Source: an uncultured Pelagibacteraceae bacterium
GTDB lineage: Bacteria > Pseudomonadota > Alphaproteobacteria > Pelagibacterales > AG-422-B15
DNA: 64,000 nucleotides
NCBI GenBank assembly: GCA_902524795.1
Contig: CABZEU010000001.1
Coordinates: 28,916 to 92,915, forward strand
Direction of reading: 5' to 3'
Part shown: positions 49,217 to 57,907 of the stretch, one piece after another
How positions within the stretch are numbered: position 1 is the stretch's first letter
How the letters are laid out: every line of letters starts with the position of its first letter
The notes under the pieces: generated by a model
Told to the model about the DNA's origin: nothing
What the model saw: the letters and a program-made list of their open reading frames with translations, nothing else
The model's database searches: none
Made by a program: the position numbers and the translations under genes

Positions 49217-51145
49217 TTACGATTCTTTATTGTCTTCTTTAACTTCTTCAAATTCTGCATCAACAACTTTTTCATTGTTTTCTTTTGCATCATTAGGTTC
49301 ACCGCTAGTTGGCCCACCTTCTGGTGAAGGAGCATCTTGTTGTTGAGCTTTATACATTGCTTCACCTAATTTCATGGAAGATTGAGTTAACGCTTCAAGG
49401 CCACTTTTAATTTTTTCTATATCATCAGAAGCAATTGCTTCTTTCAAAGTTTTAATATCGTTCTCAATTGCATTTTTTTCTTGATCTGAGACTTTGTCAC
49501 CAAATTCTTTGAGATTCTTTTCAGCTGAGTGTACCATCGTATCAGCTTGATTTTTTACATCGACTGTTTCTCTTTTCTTTTTATCAGACTCAGCATTTGC
49601 CTCAGCTTCTTTAACCATCTTTTCAATTTCCTCTTCGCTTAGGCCACCAGATGCTTGAATTTTAATCTGTTGTTCTTTTCCAGTTCCTTTGTCTTTGGCC
49701 GACACATTTACAATGCCGTTTGCATCAATATCAAAAGTCACCTCAACCTGAGGAACCCCTCTTGGTGCTGGTGGAATTCCAACAAGATCAAAATTACCTA
49801 AAAGCTTATTATCTGATGCCATCTCCCTTTCTCCTTGGCATACACGTATTGTCACTGCCGTTTGATTATCATCGGCTGTAGAGAAAACCTGACTTTTCTT
49901 TGTAGGTATTGTGGTATTTTTATCAATGAGTTTTGTAAATACTCCTCCTAATGTTTCAATGCCAAGTGAGAGAGGAGTGACATCTAGTAATAACACATCT
50001 TTAACATCGCCCTGAAGTATCCCTGCTTGAATAGCAGCTCCCTGAGCAACTACTTCGTCAGGATTAACTCCTTTATTAGGTTCCTTACCAAAGAAGTTTT
50101 TAACTGTCTCAATTACTTTAGGCATTCTTGTCATGCCGCCTACAAGAACAACTTCATCAATTTCACCAGCGCTTAAGCCCGCATCCTTTAACGCAGCGTC
50201 ACAAGGCTTTATTGTTTTCTCAATTAAATCATCGACCAATGTTTCAAGTTTAGCTCTTGTAACTTTGATGTTTAAGTGCTTCGGACCGGATTGATCTGCA
50301 GTAATAAATGGAAGATTGATTTCTGTTTGAGAAGTTGATGATAATTCTATTTTAGCTTTCTCAGCTGATTCTTTAAGTCTCTGTAATGCTAATTTGTCTT
50401 GGGTCAGATCAATATTATTTTCCTTTTTGAATTCATCAGCTAAATAACTGAGAAGTCTTGAATCAAAATCTTCTCCACCAAGGAATGTATCACCGTTAGT
50501 TGATTTAACCTCAAATACTCCATCACCAATTTCTAAAATTGAAATGTCAAATGTTCCTCCACCTAAATCATAAACAGCGATTGTTTTTCCGTCCTTTTTG
50601 TCTAGACCGTATGCTAGTGCAGCAGCTGTGGGCTCATTGACAATTCTTTCAACTTCTAGACCAGCTATTTTACCTGCGTCTTTGGTGGCTTGTCTTTGTG
50701 CGTCGTTAAAATAAGCTGGTACGGTAATCACTGCTTTCTCAACAGTTTCACCTAAATATCTTTCTGCATCTTCTTTTAGTTTTTGTAATACAAACGCAGA
50801 AATTTGTGATGGGGAATATTTTTCAGTTCCAGATTCTACCCATGCATCACCATTTTCAGATTTTATAATTTTAAAAGGTACCATGTCTGAGTCTTTTTGA
50901 ACCATTGGATCTTCAAAAGAACGTCCCATAAGTCTTTTAATAGCAAAAAAAGTATTTTCTGGATTTGTTATACCTTGCCTTTTAGCTGGCTGTCCAACCA
51001 GTTTTTCACTTTCAGCACCAAAGCTTATGATGGACGGTGTTGTACGTGAGCCTTCTGCATTTTCAATAACCTTAGGATCTTTTCCATCCATTATTGAAAT
51101 ACAACTGTTTGTTGTTCCTAGATCTATACCTATTACTTTTCCCAT
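49217..51145 (-). CDS. dnaK: Chaperone DnaK (Hsp70)
   Basis: 642 aa. [17 protein letters not shown], full Hsp70 architecture. Confidence 0.98.
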   Translation of the reverse strand: MGKVIGIDLGTTNSCISIMDGKDPKVIENAEGSRTTPSIISFGAESEKLVGQPAKRQGITNPENTFFAIKRLMGRSFEDPMVQKDSDMVPFKIIKSENGDAWVESGTEKYSPSQISAFVLQKLKEDAERYLGETVEKAVITVPAYFNDAQRQATKDAGKIAGLEVERIVNEPTAAALAYGLDKKDGKTIAVYDLGGGTFDISILEIGDGVFEVKSTNGDTFLGGEDFDSRLLSYLADEFKKENNIDLTQDKLALQRLKESAEKAKIELSSTSQTEINLPFITADQSGPKHLNIKVTRAKLETLVDDLIEKTIKPCDAALKDAGLSAGEIDEVVLVGGMTRMPKVIETVKNFFGKEPNKGVNPDEVVAQGAAIQAGILQGDVKDVLLLDVTPLSLGIETLGGVFTKLIDKNTTIPTKKSQVFSTADDNQTAVTIRVCQGEREMASDNKLLGNFDLVGIPPAPRGVPQVEVTFDIDANGIVNVSAKDKGTGKEQQIKIQASGGLSEEEIEKMVKEAEANAESDKKKRETVDVKNQADTMVHSAEKNLKEFGDKVSDQEKNAIENDIKTLKEAIASDDIEKIKSGLEALTQSSMKLGEAMYKAQQQDAPSPEGGPTSGEPNDAKENNEKVVDAEFEEVKEDNKES

Positions 51146-51173
51146 AAAATTCTCTTAGTTTGATTTGACATAT

Positions 51174-51201
51174 ATATAGGTAGTTCATTTTTGTGTGCAA
51201 C
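51174..51201 (-). promoter_or_regulatory. Candidate RpoH (sigma32)-type heat-shock promoter of dnaKJ
   Basis: The minus strand reads GTTG-N17-CCTATAT. The alphaproteobacterial sigma32 consensus is CTTG-N17-CYTATNT. It lies 29 nt upstream of the dnaK ATG. Confidence 0.45.
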
Positions 51202-51266
51202 CCCCCCTACAGAAAGTATTTTTACTTAATTTACCAAACCTTTATAGATTTATGCTATTGATATTA

Positions 51267-51815
51267 TTAACTATTTTTCTTGACGACACCTACCATAGCA
51301 GGCCTTAAAAGCCTATCCCCTATACGGTATCCCTCTTGTACTACCTCAGTGATAATACCAGGTTGCTTATCAGGATTCTCTATTTCAAACATAGCTTGAT
51401 GCAAGTTCGGATCAAAATTTTGGTCTAAAGAAACAATTTTTTCAATTTTAAACTTTTCAAAAATCGTTATTATTTGTTTTTCTGTCAATTCAATACCTTC
51501 AATAAACTGAGAAATATTTTTATCTGATTTTTTTAATTTGTTTTGATCTATAGATTTTAAAGCTCTCTCTAAATTATCCAATACGGACAAGATTTCTTTC
51601 GCAAAACTAGAAATAACATAGTTACTGAGATCCTCTTTTTCTCTGTCAAATCTTTTTCTTAGATTATCGTTATCTGCGAGTGAAAGCAAAATTTGATTTT
51701 CTGCTTCTTTTAACTTTTCTTCGAGTTCTGAATAGTCAATTTCTTTTACCTGAACTTCTTCAACTTTCTCTTCAGATTTTTTCGCAGAAACATTCTTTTT
51801 TTTATCTTTTACCAT
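51267..51815 (-). CDS. grpE: Nucleotide exchange factor GrpE
   Basis: 182 aa. Coiled-coil N-terminus. C-terminal GY..GDRLLRPAMV.V. Confidence 0.92.
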   Translation of the reverse strand: MVKDKKKNVSAKKSEEKVEEVQVKEIDYSELEEKLKEAENQILLSLADNDNLRKRFDREKEDLSNYVISSFAKEILSVLDNLERALKSIDQNKLKKSDKNISQFIEGIELTEKQIITIFEKFKIEKIVSLDQNFDPNLHQAMFEIENPDKQPGIITEVVQEGYRIGDRLLRPAMVGVVKKNS

Positions 51816-51882
51816 ATCTTTTTTTGAATATGTAATGATCTATATTATTTTCGTCAATACATAGTATAGTGAATTTAATTAT

Positions 51883-52599
51883 ATGAGAAATACAAGAAAA
51901 ATTAGCGATCTTCGTAAATTTAAAATTATTCCAAATTTCTCCTCATATCCTGAGGGTTCTTGTATGATAAAATTTGGTAAAACTCATGTATTGTGTAACG
52001 CATCTCTAGATCAAAATGTTCCAAGATGGCTTAAAAATTCTCAGCAAGGCTGGGTAACTGCTGAATATGGAATGCTCCCTAGATCAACATCTGAAAGAAT
52101 GTCCCGTGAAGCTGTAAGAGGCAAACAATCAGGAAGAACGCAAGAAATACAACGTTTGATTGGCAGATCGATGAGAGCAGTAACAGATCTTAGTTTATTA
52201 AAAGATATGCAAATTTTAATTGATTGTGATGTTATCCAAGCCGATGGTGGAACACGAACCGCTTCAATTTCAGGTGCCTTTGTAGCATTGCAGTTATGTA
52301 TTAAAAGCATGATTGAGAAAAAGATTATAAAAACTAATCCAATAAAGGAAAATCTTGCGGCTGTAAGTTGTGGCATCGTCGATAATGTTCCATTGCTTGA
52401 TCTAGATTTTATTGAAGATCAAAACGCTGAGGTTGATGCTAATTTTGTGATTACAGAAACAAATAAAATAGTAGAGATACAAATGACATCTGAAAAAAAA
52501 CTTTGCACAGAAAACGAATTTAACTCCATGCTTGAATTGGCAAAATCAGGTATTAGTCAAATAATTCAGTCTCAAAAAATAATTTTTGAAGGTAAGTAA
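51883..52599 (+). CDS. rph: Ribonuclease PH
   Basis: 238 aa. GSCMIKFG.THVLC, GRTQEIQRLIGR, DCDVIQADGGTRTA. Confidence 0.95.
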   Translation: MRNTRKISDLRKFKIIPNFSSYPEGSCMIKFGKTHVLCNASLDQNVPRWLKNSQQGWVTAEYGMLPRSTSERMSREAVRGKQSGRTQEIQRLIGRSMRAVTDLSLLKDMQILIDCDVIQADGGTRTASISGAFVALQLCIKSMIEKKIIKTNPIKENLAAVSCGIVDNVPLLDLDFIEDQNAEVDANFVITETNKIVEIQMTSEKKLCTENEFNSMLELAKSGISQIIQSQKIIFEGK

Positions 52600-53206
52600 G
52601 CTGTTAAAGAATATTGTAATAGCAAGTCATAATTCTGGAAAAGTATCGGAAATAAAATCTTTATTAAAACCGATGGGTTATAATATTATTCCTGCCAAAA
52701 AACTTAAAATTAACGAACCTATTGAAAATGGTCTCACATTTAGAGAAAACTCTCTTATCAAATCAAGAAATGCTGCATTAAAATCTAGATTACCAGCTAT
52801 AGCTGATGATAGTGGTCTTTGTATTTCATCACTAGATAATGAACCCGGCATTTATTCTGCGAGATGGGCTGGCAAAGATAAAGATTTCAATATTGCTATG
52901 GAAAAAATAGAAAAGAAAATGGCAAAATATAATTGTTTTAATAAACCCAGCAGAAAAGCTTTTTTTTGCTGTGCTTTATCAATTTATTTTCCAAACAATG
53001 TAAGCAGAGTTTTCGAAGGTAAGATATATGGACATGTTCAATTTCCGCCAAAAGGTAAGAATGGTTTTGGATATGATCCAATTTTTGTCCCTAAAGGTTA
53101 TAAAAAAACATTTGGCGAGATGAATTTTCACTACAAAGAGAGAATAAGCCACAGAGCAATTGCATTTAAAAAGCTTTCAAGTTATTTACATAAAATAAAA
53201 AATTAA
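52586..53206 (+). CDS. rdgB: Non-canonical purine NTP pyrophosphatase RdgB/HAM1
   Basis: IVIASHNSGK, ADDSGL, FGYDPIF, HRA motifs. TTG start. Confidence 0.88.
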   Translation: MKVSKLLKNIVIASHNSGKVSEIKSLLKPMGYNIIPAKKLKINEPIENGLTFRENSLIKSRNAALKSRLPAIADDSGLCISSLDNEPGIYSARWAGKDKDFNIAMEKIEKKMAKYNCFNKPSRKAFFCCALSIYFPNNVSRVFEGKIYGHVQFPPKGKNGFGYDPIFVPKGYKKTFGEMNFHYKERISHRAIAFKKLSSYLHKIKN

Positions 53207-54489
53207 TTTTTAATTATAAACTTATCACTGCCTACATGAAATATTAAAGGTCTACGTTCTACTCTTCCATTTTCATCAAAACGGAACCAACCGTTTATTC
53301 CTGTATATCCTGAATTAGAGTGGAGAATTTCATTTGTAATTTTCTTATGTTCTCTATTTAAGCTGCTGATTAAACCTACCAAATCGTAAGCTAAAGCAGC
53401 TAATGAGTGAGGATTATTTTTGTAAATCTTTTTATATTCCTCTTTAAATTTTTTTCGGTCAATTAAGTTCAAGGACGAAAAATATGAATTTTTCATTGAA
53501 GGCTCTTTTAGGATTAATTCTTTTCCCCAAATAGAATTTCCAATGAATTTTACTTTTTTTGGGTCAACATCGTAATAGGGCAGTATTGAAATAAAATTTG
53601 TTAATTCACTAAACGAGCGAGCAATTATTATAATAGCTTCAAAATCTACCTCACCTAAAGTATCTTTATTTCTTAATAATTGTAGTTCTTTTAATGAAGA
53701 TTCAGATTGCAATTCTTTTAGAAGCTTAACTCGATTATCTAAGTCTAATTTTCTTTTATCATAATTTGAAACATCTCTAGCTATTTTGTAATAGTCGGGA
53801 TCTTTAGTTGGATAAAAAATAAATTGTGTAGATGAATTATTAATTACATTTTGCAATTTATTAATTTCATTTCTAACTTTATTTCCATATTTATTATCAG
53901 GAACTATAACTGCAAATTTATTAATTCCCTTATCTATTGAATATTCGTAGATACTTCTTAATTCATCCTCAATAGTTAATCCAAAAACATAGATATTACG
54001 ATCACTTACCTCAGAATTATTTGAAAATGTTATAATTGGAATATTTTGATCATCCAAATACTCTTTTACCTTTAAAACTGTTTTGGTAAATATTGGACCA
54101 AGTATCAAATCAACATCATGACTAATTAAATATGATAGATTTTTATATAGTTGGTTTTCTTCACCAGTGTCTGCTATGTAAAATTCTAAATTTTTGTTAT
54201 TGGTTTTTTCTAACGCTAATTGTGCAGAATCGAGCAATGATTTACCTATCTGATAAAATTTTCCAGACAAAGGTAAAAGCAACCCTATTTTGATAGTTTT
54301 ATCATCTTTTTCTATTAAATTATTTCCTTGAGTACTTGGATCTTCATTTTCTTTTATAGTTTCTAGCAATTGAGTTTGATTGTATGTTAGTGTTTTTTTG
54401 GAAGCTAATTGAGTCGTTTCACAGTTATATAATAATAAACTCAAACAAAAAATTACTAAAATAATAAATTTATCTCTAAAATAAAGCAT
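53203..54489 (-). CDS. Penicillin-binding protein activator (LpoA/LppC-like periplasmic-binding-fold lipoprotein)
   Basis: Signal peptide plus Cys23. KIGLLLPLSGKFYQIGKSLLD type-1 PBP motif. Divergent from rsmI, as for E. coli lpoA/rsmI. Confidence 0.7.
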   Translation of the reverse strand: MLYFRDKFIILVIFCLSLLLYNCETTQLASKKTLTYNQTQLLETIKENEDPSTQGNNLIEKDDKTIKIGLLLPLSGKFYQIGKSLLDSAQLALEKTNNKNLEFYIADTGEENQLYKNLSYLISHDVDLILGPIFTKTVLKVKEYLDDQNIPIITFSNNSEVSDRNIYVFGLTIEDELRSIYEYSIDKGINKFAVIVPDNKYGNKVRNEINKLQNVINNSSTQFIFYPTKDPDYYKIARDVSNYDKRKLDLDNRVKLLKELQSESSLKELQLLRNKDTLGEVDFEAIIIIARSFSELTNFISILPYYDVDPKKVKFIGNSIWGKELILKEPSMKNSYFSSLNLIDRKKFKEEYKKIYKNNPHSLAALAYDLVGLISSLNREHKKITNEILHSNSGYTGINGWFRFDENGRVERRPLIFHVGSDKFIIKN

Positions 54490-55375
54490 GCAATCAAATT
54501 TAAATTTATCTTATATTACAAACTTATTAGGACATGAGAAACCTCAAAGTGGTCTTTATGTAGTTCCCACACCAATAGGAAATTTATCTGATATTACGTT
54601 AAGGTCATTAAAAATACTTTCCTCAGTTGACTTTATAGTAAGTGAAGATACTAGAATTACAAAAAAACTTACTTCGAAATATGGAATAAAATGTAAAATA
54701 CAGTCATTTCATAAATTTAATTCTAAAAATAAAATTCCTGGAATAATAAAAAAAATAAGTTCCAATTTTTCTTTTGCTATAACAACAGACTCTGGAACAC
54801 CACTTATTTCCGATCCTGGTGCCGATCTTGTGAAAGAATGCTTTGAAAATAATTTAAGTGTATTTTCCTTGCCAGGTCCGTCAGCACCAATAGCAAGCTT
54901 CGTGCTATCAGCTTTTCAATCAGAAAATTTTACATTTAGAGGTTTCTTTCCAAGAGAAAAAAAGAAAATAGAAAGTCAATTAGCAAGATTTAATAAAAGT
55001 GACTGTCCAGAAATATATTTTGAATCGCCTAAGAGAATTATCAAAACATTAAATTCAATATTAAAACTAAGTGGTGATTGCAAAATAACATTTGTTAGGG
55101 AATTAACGAAAAAACATGAGGAAATTATCAATACTAATATTTCTGCACTTTTAGAAAAAATAAGTTTAAAACAAAAAATTTTAGGCGAGATTACATTTAT
55201 TATTGAACCATTAATAAGCAAAATTAATAAACTTTCTGAGAAAGAAATTGTTGAATATGGTGACAGTTTACTGAATAAAGGTATGAATATTTCTGAGGTA
55301 TCACGTCTTATGTCAAAAGATTTGAATATTTCAAAAAGAGATATTTACCAGCTATTAATAAAAAATAGGAAATAA
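54488..55375 (+). CDS. rsmI: 16S rRNA (cytidine1402-2'-O)-methyltransferase RsmI
   Basis: GLYVVPTPIGNLSDITLRSL, SDPG, tetrapyrrole-methylase fold. Confidence 0.92.
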   Translation: MQSNLNLSYITNLLGHEKPQSGLYVVPTPIGNLSDITLRSLKILSSVDFIVSEDTRITKKLTSKYGIKCKIQSFHKFNSKNKIPGIIKKISSNFSFAITTDSGTPLISDPGADLVKECFENNLSVFSLPGPSAPIASFVLSAFQSENFTFRGFFPREKKKIESQLARFNKSDCPEIYFESPKRIIKTLNSILKLSGDCKITFVRELTKKHEEIINTNISALLEKISLKQKILGEITFIIEPLISKINKLSEKEIVEYGDSLLNKGMNISEVSRLMSKDLNISKRDIYQLLIKNRK

Positions 55376-55400
55376 TATGAAATTAATATAATTTTGAATA

Positions 55401-55988
55401 ATGATGCTTAGTAAATTTCCAATATTCACTATTTTAACTCTAATTTTAATGTTTCTATCAAATTGTTCTTTGCCCGTGGCAACGGGAGTAGCTGTAAAGG
55501 GAGTAACAGTTTCAAGCTCTGATCGAAGCATAGGAGAGTTTGTTGATGATGTGTTAATTAAAACTATGTTAAAGAATTCTTATTTTGACCAAAGCGACGA
55601 AATATTTTTCAACGTTGATGTAGAGGTTTCTCAAGGTAGAGTATTGTTAACTGGTACTGTTGATAATATAGATTTAAGAATAGAAGCCACCCGAATTGCG
55701 TGGGGAATAAAAGGAGTTCAAACTGTTATTAATGAAATTCAGATAAGTCAAAGCGATAGTATATTTAATTTTGCAGATGATTTAGTTATTAACACAAAAG
55801 TTTTGGCTAAGTTAATGCTTGATGAAGAAATTAATTCTTTAAATTATAACATCGAAACTGTTAATAAAATTGTTTATATAATTGGGATCTCAAGTTCAAG
55901 CGATGAAAAACAAAAGGCTATAGACCTTTCTAAAGAAGTATTTGGAGTTGAGGAAGTAGTCGACTATATAACCATCAAATCTGAATAG
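55401..55988 (+). CDS. BON-domain lipoprotein (DolP/OsmY-like)
   Basis: Signal peptide plus Cys22. Two BON repeats (V.V.V..G.V.LTG.V, V..V.N.I). Confidence 0.75.
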   Translation: MMLSKFPIFTILTLILMFLSNCSLPVATGVAVKGVTVSSSDRSIGEFVDDVLIKTMLKNSYFDQSDEIFFNVDVEVSQGRVLLTGTVDNIDLRIEATRIAWGIKGVQTVINEIQISQSDSIFNFADDLVINTKVLAKLMLDEEINSLNYNIETVNKIVYIIGISSSSDEKQKAIDLSKEVFGVEEVVDYITIKSE

Positions 55989-55999
55989 GAGTTAGTTTT

Positions 56000-56926
56000 A
56001 TGAAATATGGCTTTCAAATAGATCCTGTGCACACACTTAATAACGATACGGACAGTACATTGCCAATGATTTTAGAGTCACAAAAGAGAAAAAATAGAAA
56101 TTTTATTTTTTCTCCAAGTTCTCTTACATTCAAAAAAAACACAGTATATGCCATAGCAAAAGAAATAAAATTTAAGAATAGCAAACTAAGTAGTTATAGT
56201 ATTAGTATTGAAAAAATAATAAATTTAAACTCTTTAAACTATATTTTTATACGACAAGATCCGCCTTATAACATGGAATACATATCTTCAATGTACTTAT
56301 TAGAGCATTTGAATTCAAAAACTAGAATAATTAATAGTCCAACAGGTATACGAAATGCTCCAGAAAAAATACTTATGCTAAAATTTAAAGAGATTATTCC
56401 TCCAACTTTAATCACTAGATCTAGAAATGAAATAGATCTTTTTATGAAGAAATTTAAGAAGTCTGTTATTAAGCCTCTTTACGGTAACGGAGGGCAAGGC
56501 ATTTTTTTATTAGATAAGAAGGATAAAAACTATAATCAAATCATTGAGAAATTTATAGATGAAGAAAACGTCCCTTTTATTGTGCAAAAGTATCTTCCAG
56601 AAATTAAAAAAGGTGATAAAAGAATAATACTTATTAATGGTAAGCCCGTTGCAGCATTAAAAAGAATACCTAAAACAAATGAGTTTAGATCAAATATTCA
56701 TGTTGGGGGAAATACCGAGGCTGTTAAACTTTCAAAAAATGACAGGAAAATTTGCAGAATAATCAAAGAAACCTTGATAAGCGAAAAATTATTTTTTGTT
56801 GGAATTGACGTAATAGGAAATTACCTTACGGAAATAAATGTTACTTCACCAACTTGTATCCAAGAAATTAAAAAACTTCATAAGATCGATGTTGCGAAAA
56901 TAATCTTTGATAAATTAGATGAATAA
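56000..56926 (+). CDS. gshB: Glutathione synthetase (prokaryotic ATP-grasp type)
   Basis: 308 aa. FQIDP...L....DST..M..E.Q.R N-domain. KPLYGNGGQGIF. GDKRIILING. Confidence 0.9.
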   Translation: MKYGFQIDPVHTLNNDTDSTLPMILESQKRKNRNFIFSPSSLTFKKNTVYAIAKEIKFKNSKLSSYSISIEKIINLNSLNYIFIRQDPPYNMEYISSMYLLEHLNSKTRIINSPTGIRNAPEKILMLKFKEIIPPTLITRSRNEIDLFMKKFKKSVIKPLYGNGGQGIFLLDKKDKNYNQIIEKFIDEENVPFIVQKYLPEIKKGDKRIILINGKPVAALKRIPKTNEFRSNIHVGGNTEAVKLSKNDRKICRIIKETLISEKLFFVGIDVIGNYLTEINVTSPTCIQEIKKLHKIDVAKIIFDKLDE

Positions 56927-56944
56927 TTATTATCCAAATATGAT

Positions 56945-57907
56945 ATGAGCATCAGAGCAAAAATACTAATTTATATATTAAAAAAATATATAAAGAAAGT
57001 TCAACCACCAGTTGAAGAGCGCTCCTATCTTGAAGCTAGAAAAATGATGAGTCAAAAGGGCTATGAGAATACGGAGAACTCAATTGTAAATACTAGTCTA
57101 CAAAAATTTATATTTAATAAAAAATTTTCTAAAGTTTTAACAGATGAGATTTATTTGGAAAATATTAGAACACTCTCTTTTGATCATGAAGAGTTTAGTA
57201 ATGACAAATGTATACTTTATTTTCATGGAGGAGGATATATTGCTGGCTCACCTGAAACTCATCAGAATCTATTATCAAGTATAGCTGAAAAATCTAAATT
57301 AAAAGTCTATGCGATAGATTACTCTCTTGCTCCTGAGAACCCTTTTCCATGTGCATTAAATGATGCCGTCGAAAGCTATAAATGTTTATTAAGAATGGGA
57401 TATAAGAGCCAAAATATATTTATAGGAGGTGATTCTGCTGGCGGGAATTTATCAATTGTCACTATATTAAAACTTCAGGAAATTAATGAACCCCTACCAT
57501 CAAAAGTTTTTCTACTATCACCATGGGCTGACTTAACGGGAGAAGGAAGCAGTATCAGAGAGAATTCACTGTCTGATCCCTACTTGTCTTATGATGATTG
57601 GCTTAATACTGCTAAATCAATGAAAAAAACTGTCGAAGAGTGGTATGCCCCAAGCCAAGATTGCAGGAATCCATTAATATCACCCGTATTTGCAGAATTT
57701 AAAAACTTTCCTAAAACACTCATCCAGGTGAGTAACATTGAAATTTTATTCAGTGACTCAATTGAAATTTCAAAAAGTTTGAAGCAAAACAATAATGGGG
57801 TAAAGCTTAGTATTTATAAAAATTTGCCTCATGTTTGGCAAATTTTTGGATTTTTGCCAGAATCAAAAAACGCTATTAAAGAAATTTCAAATTTCTTAAA
57901 AAACTAA
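56945..57907 (+). CDS. Alpha/beta hydrolase (HSL/family IV esterase-lipase)
   Basis: HGGGY oxyanion motif, GDSAGGNL nucleophile elbow, C-terminal His (LPHVWQ). Confidence 0.8.
   Translation: MSIRAKILIYILKKYIKKVQPPVEERSYLEARKMMSQKGYENTENSIVNTSLQKFIFNKKFSKVLTDEIYLENIRTLSFDHEEFSNDKCILYFHGGGYIAGSPETHQNLLSSIAEKSKLKVYAIDYSLAPENPFPCALNDAVESYKCLLRMGYKSQNIFIGGDSAGGNLSIVTILKLQEINEPLPSKVFLLSPWADLTGEGSSIRENSLSDPYLSYDDWLNTAKSMKKTVEEWYAPSQDCRNPLISPVFAEFKNFPKTLIQVSNIEILFSDSIEISKSLKQNNNGVKLSIYKNLPHVWQIFGFLPESKNAIKEISNFLKN

Noticed and set aside
52041-52376. Long antisense ORFs inside conserved genes: 52041-52376 in rph, 37657-37983 in hslV, 29927-30247 in hemE, 24382-24681 in mnmE, 21624-21926 in rsmG, 6977-7267 in ftsK, 59708-59977 in maeB, 1322-1600 in purH, 3663-3926 in the MFS gene, and others.
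   Set aside because: All lie fully within, and antisense to, well-supported genes in the locally GC-richer segments. They have low-complexity or odd composition and no RBS context. These are classic shadow ORFs.
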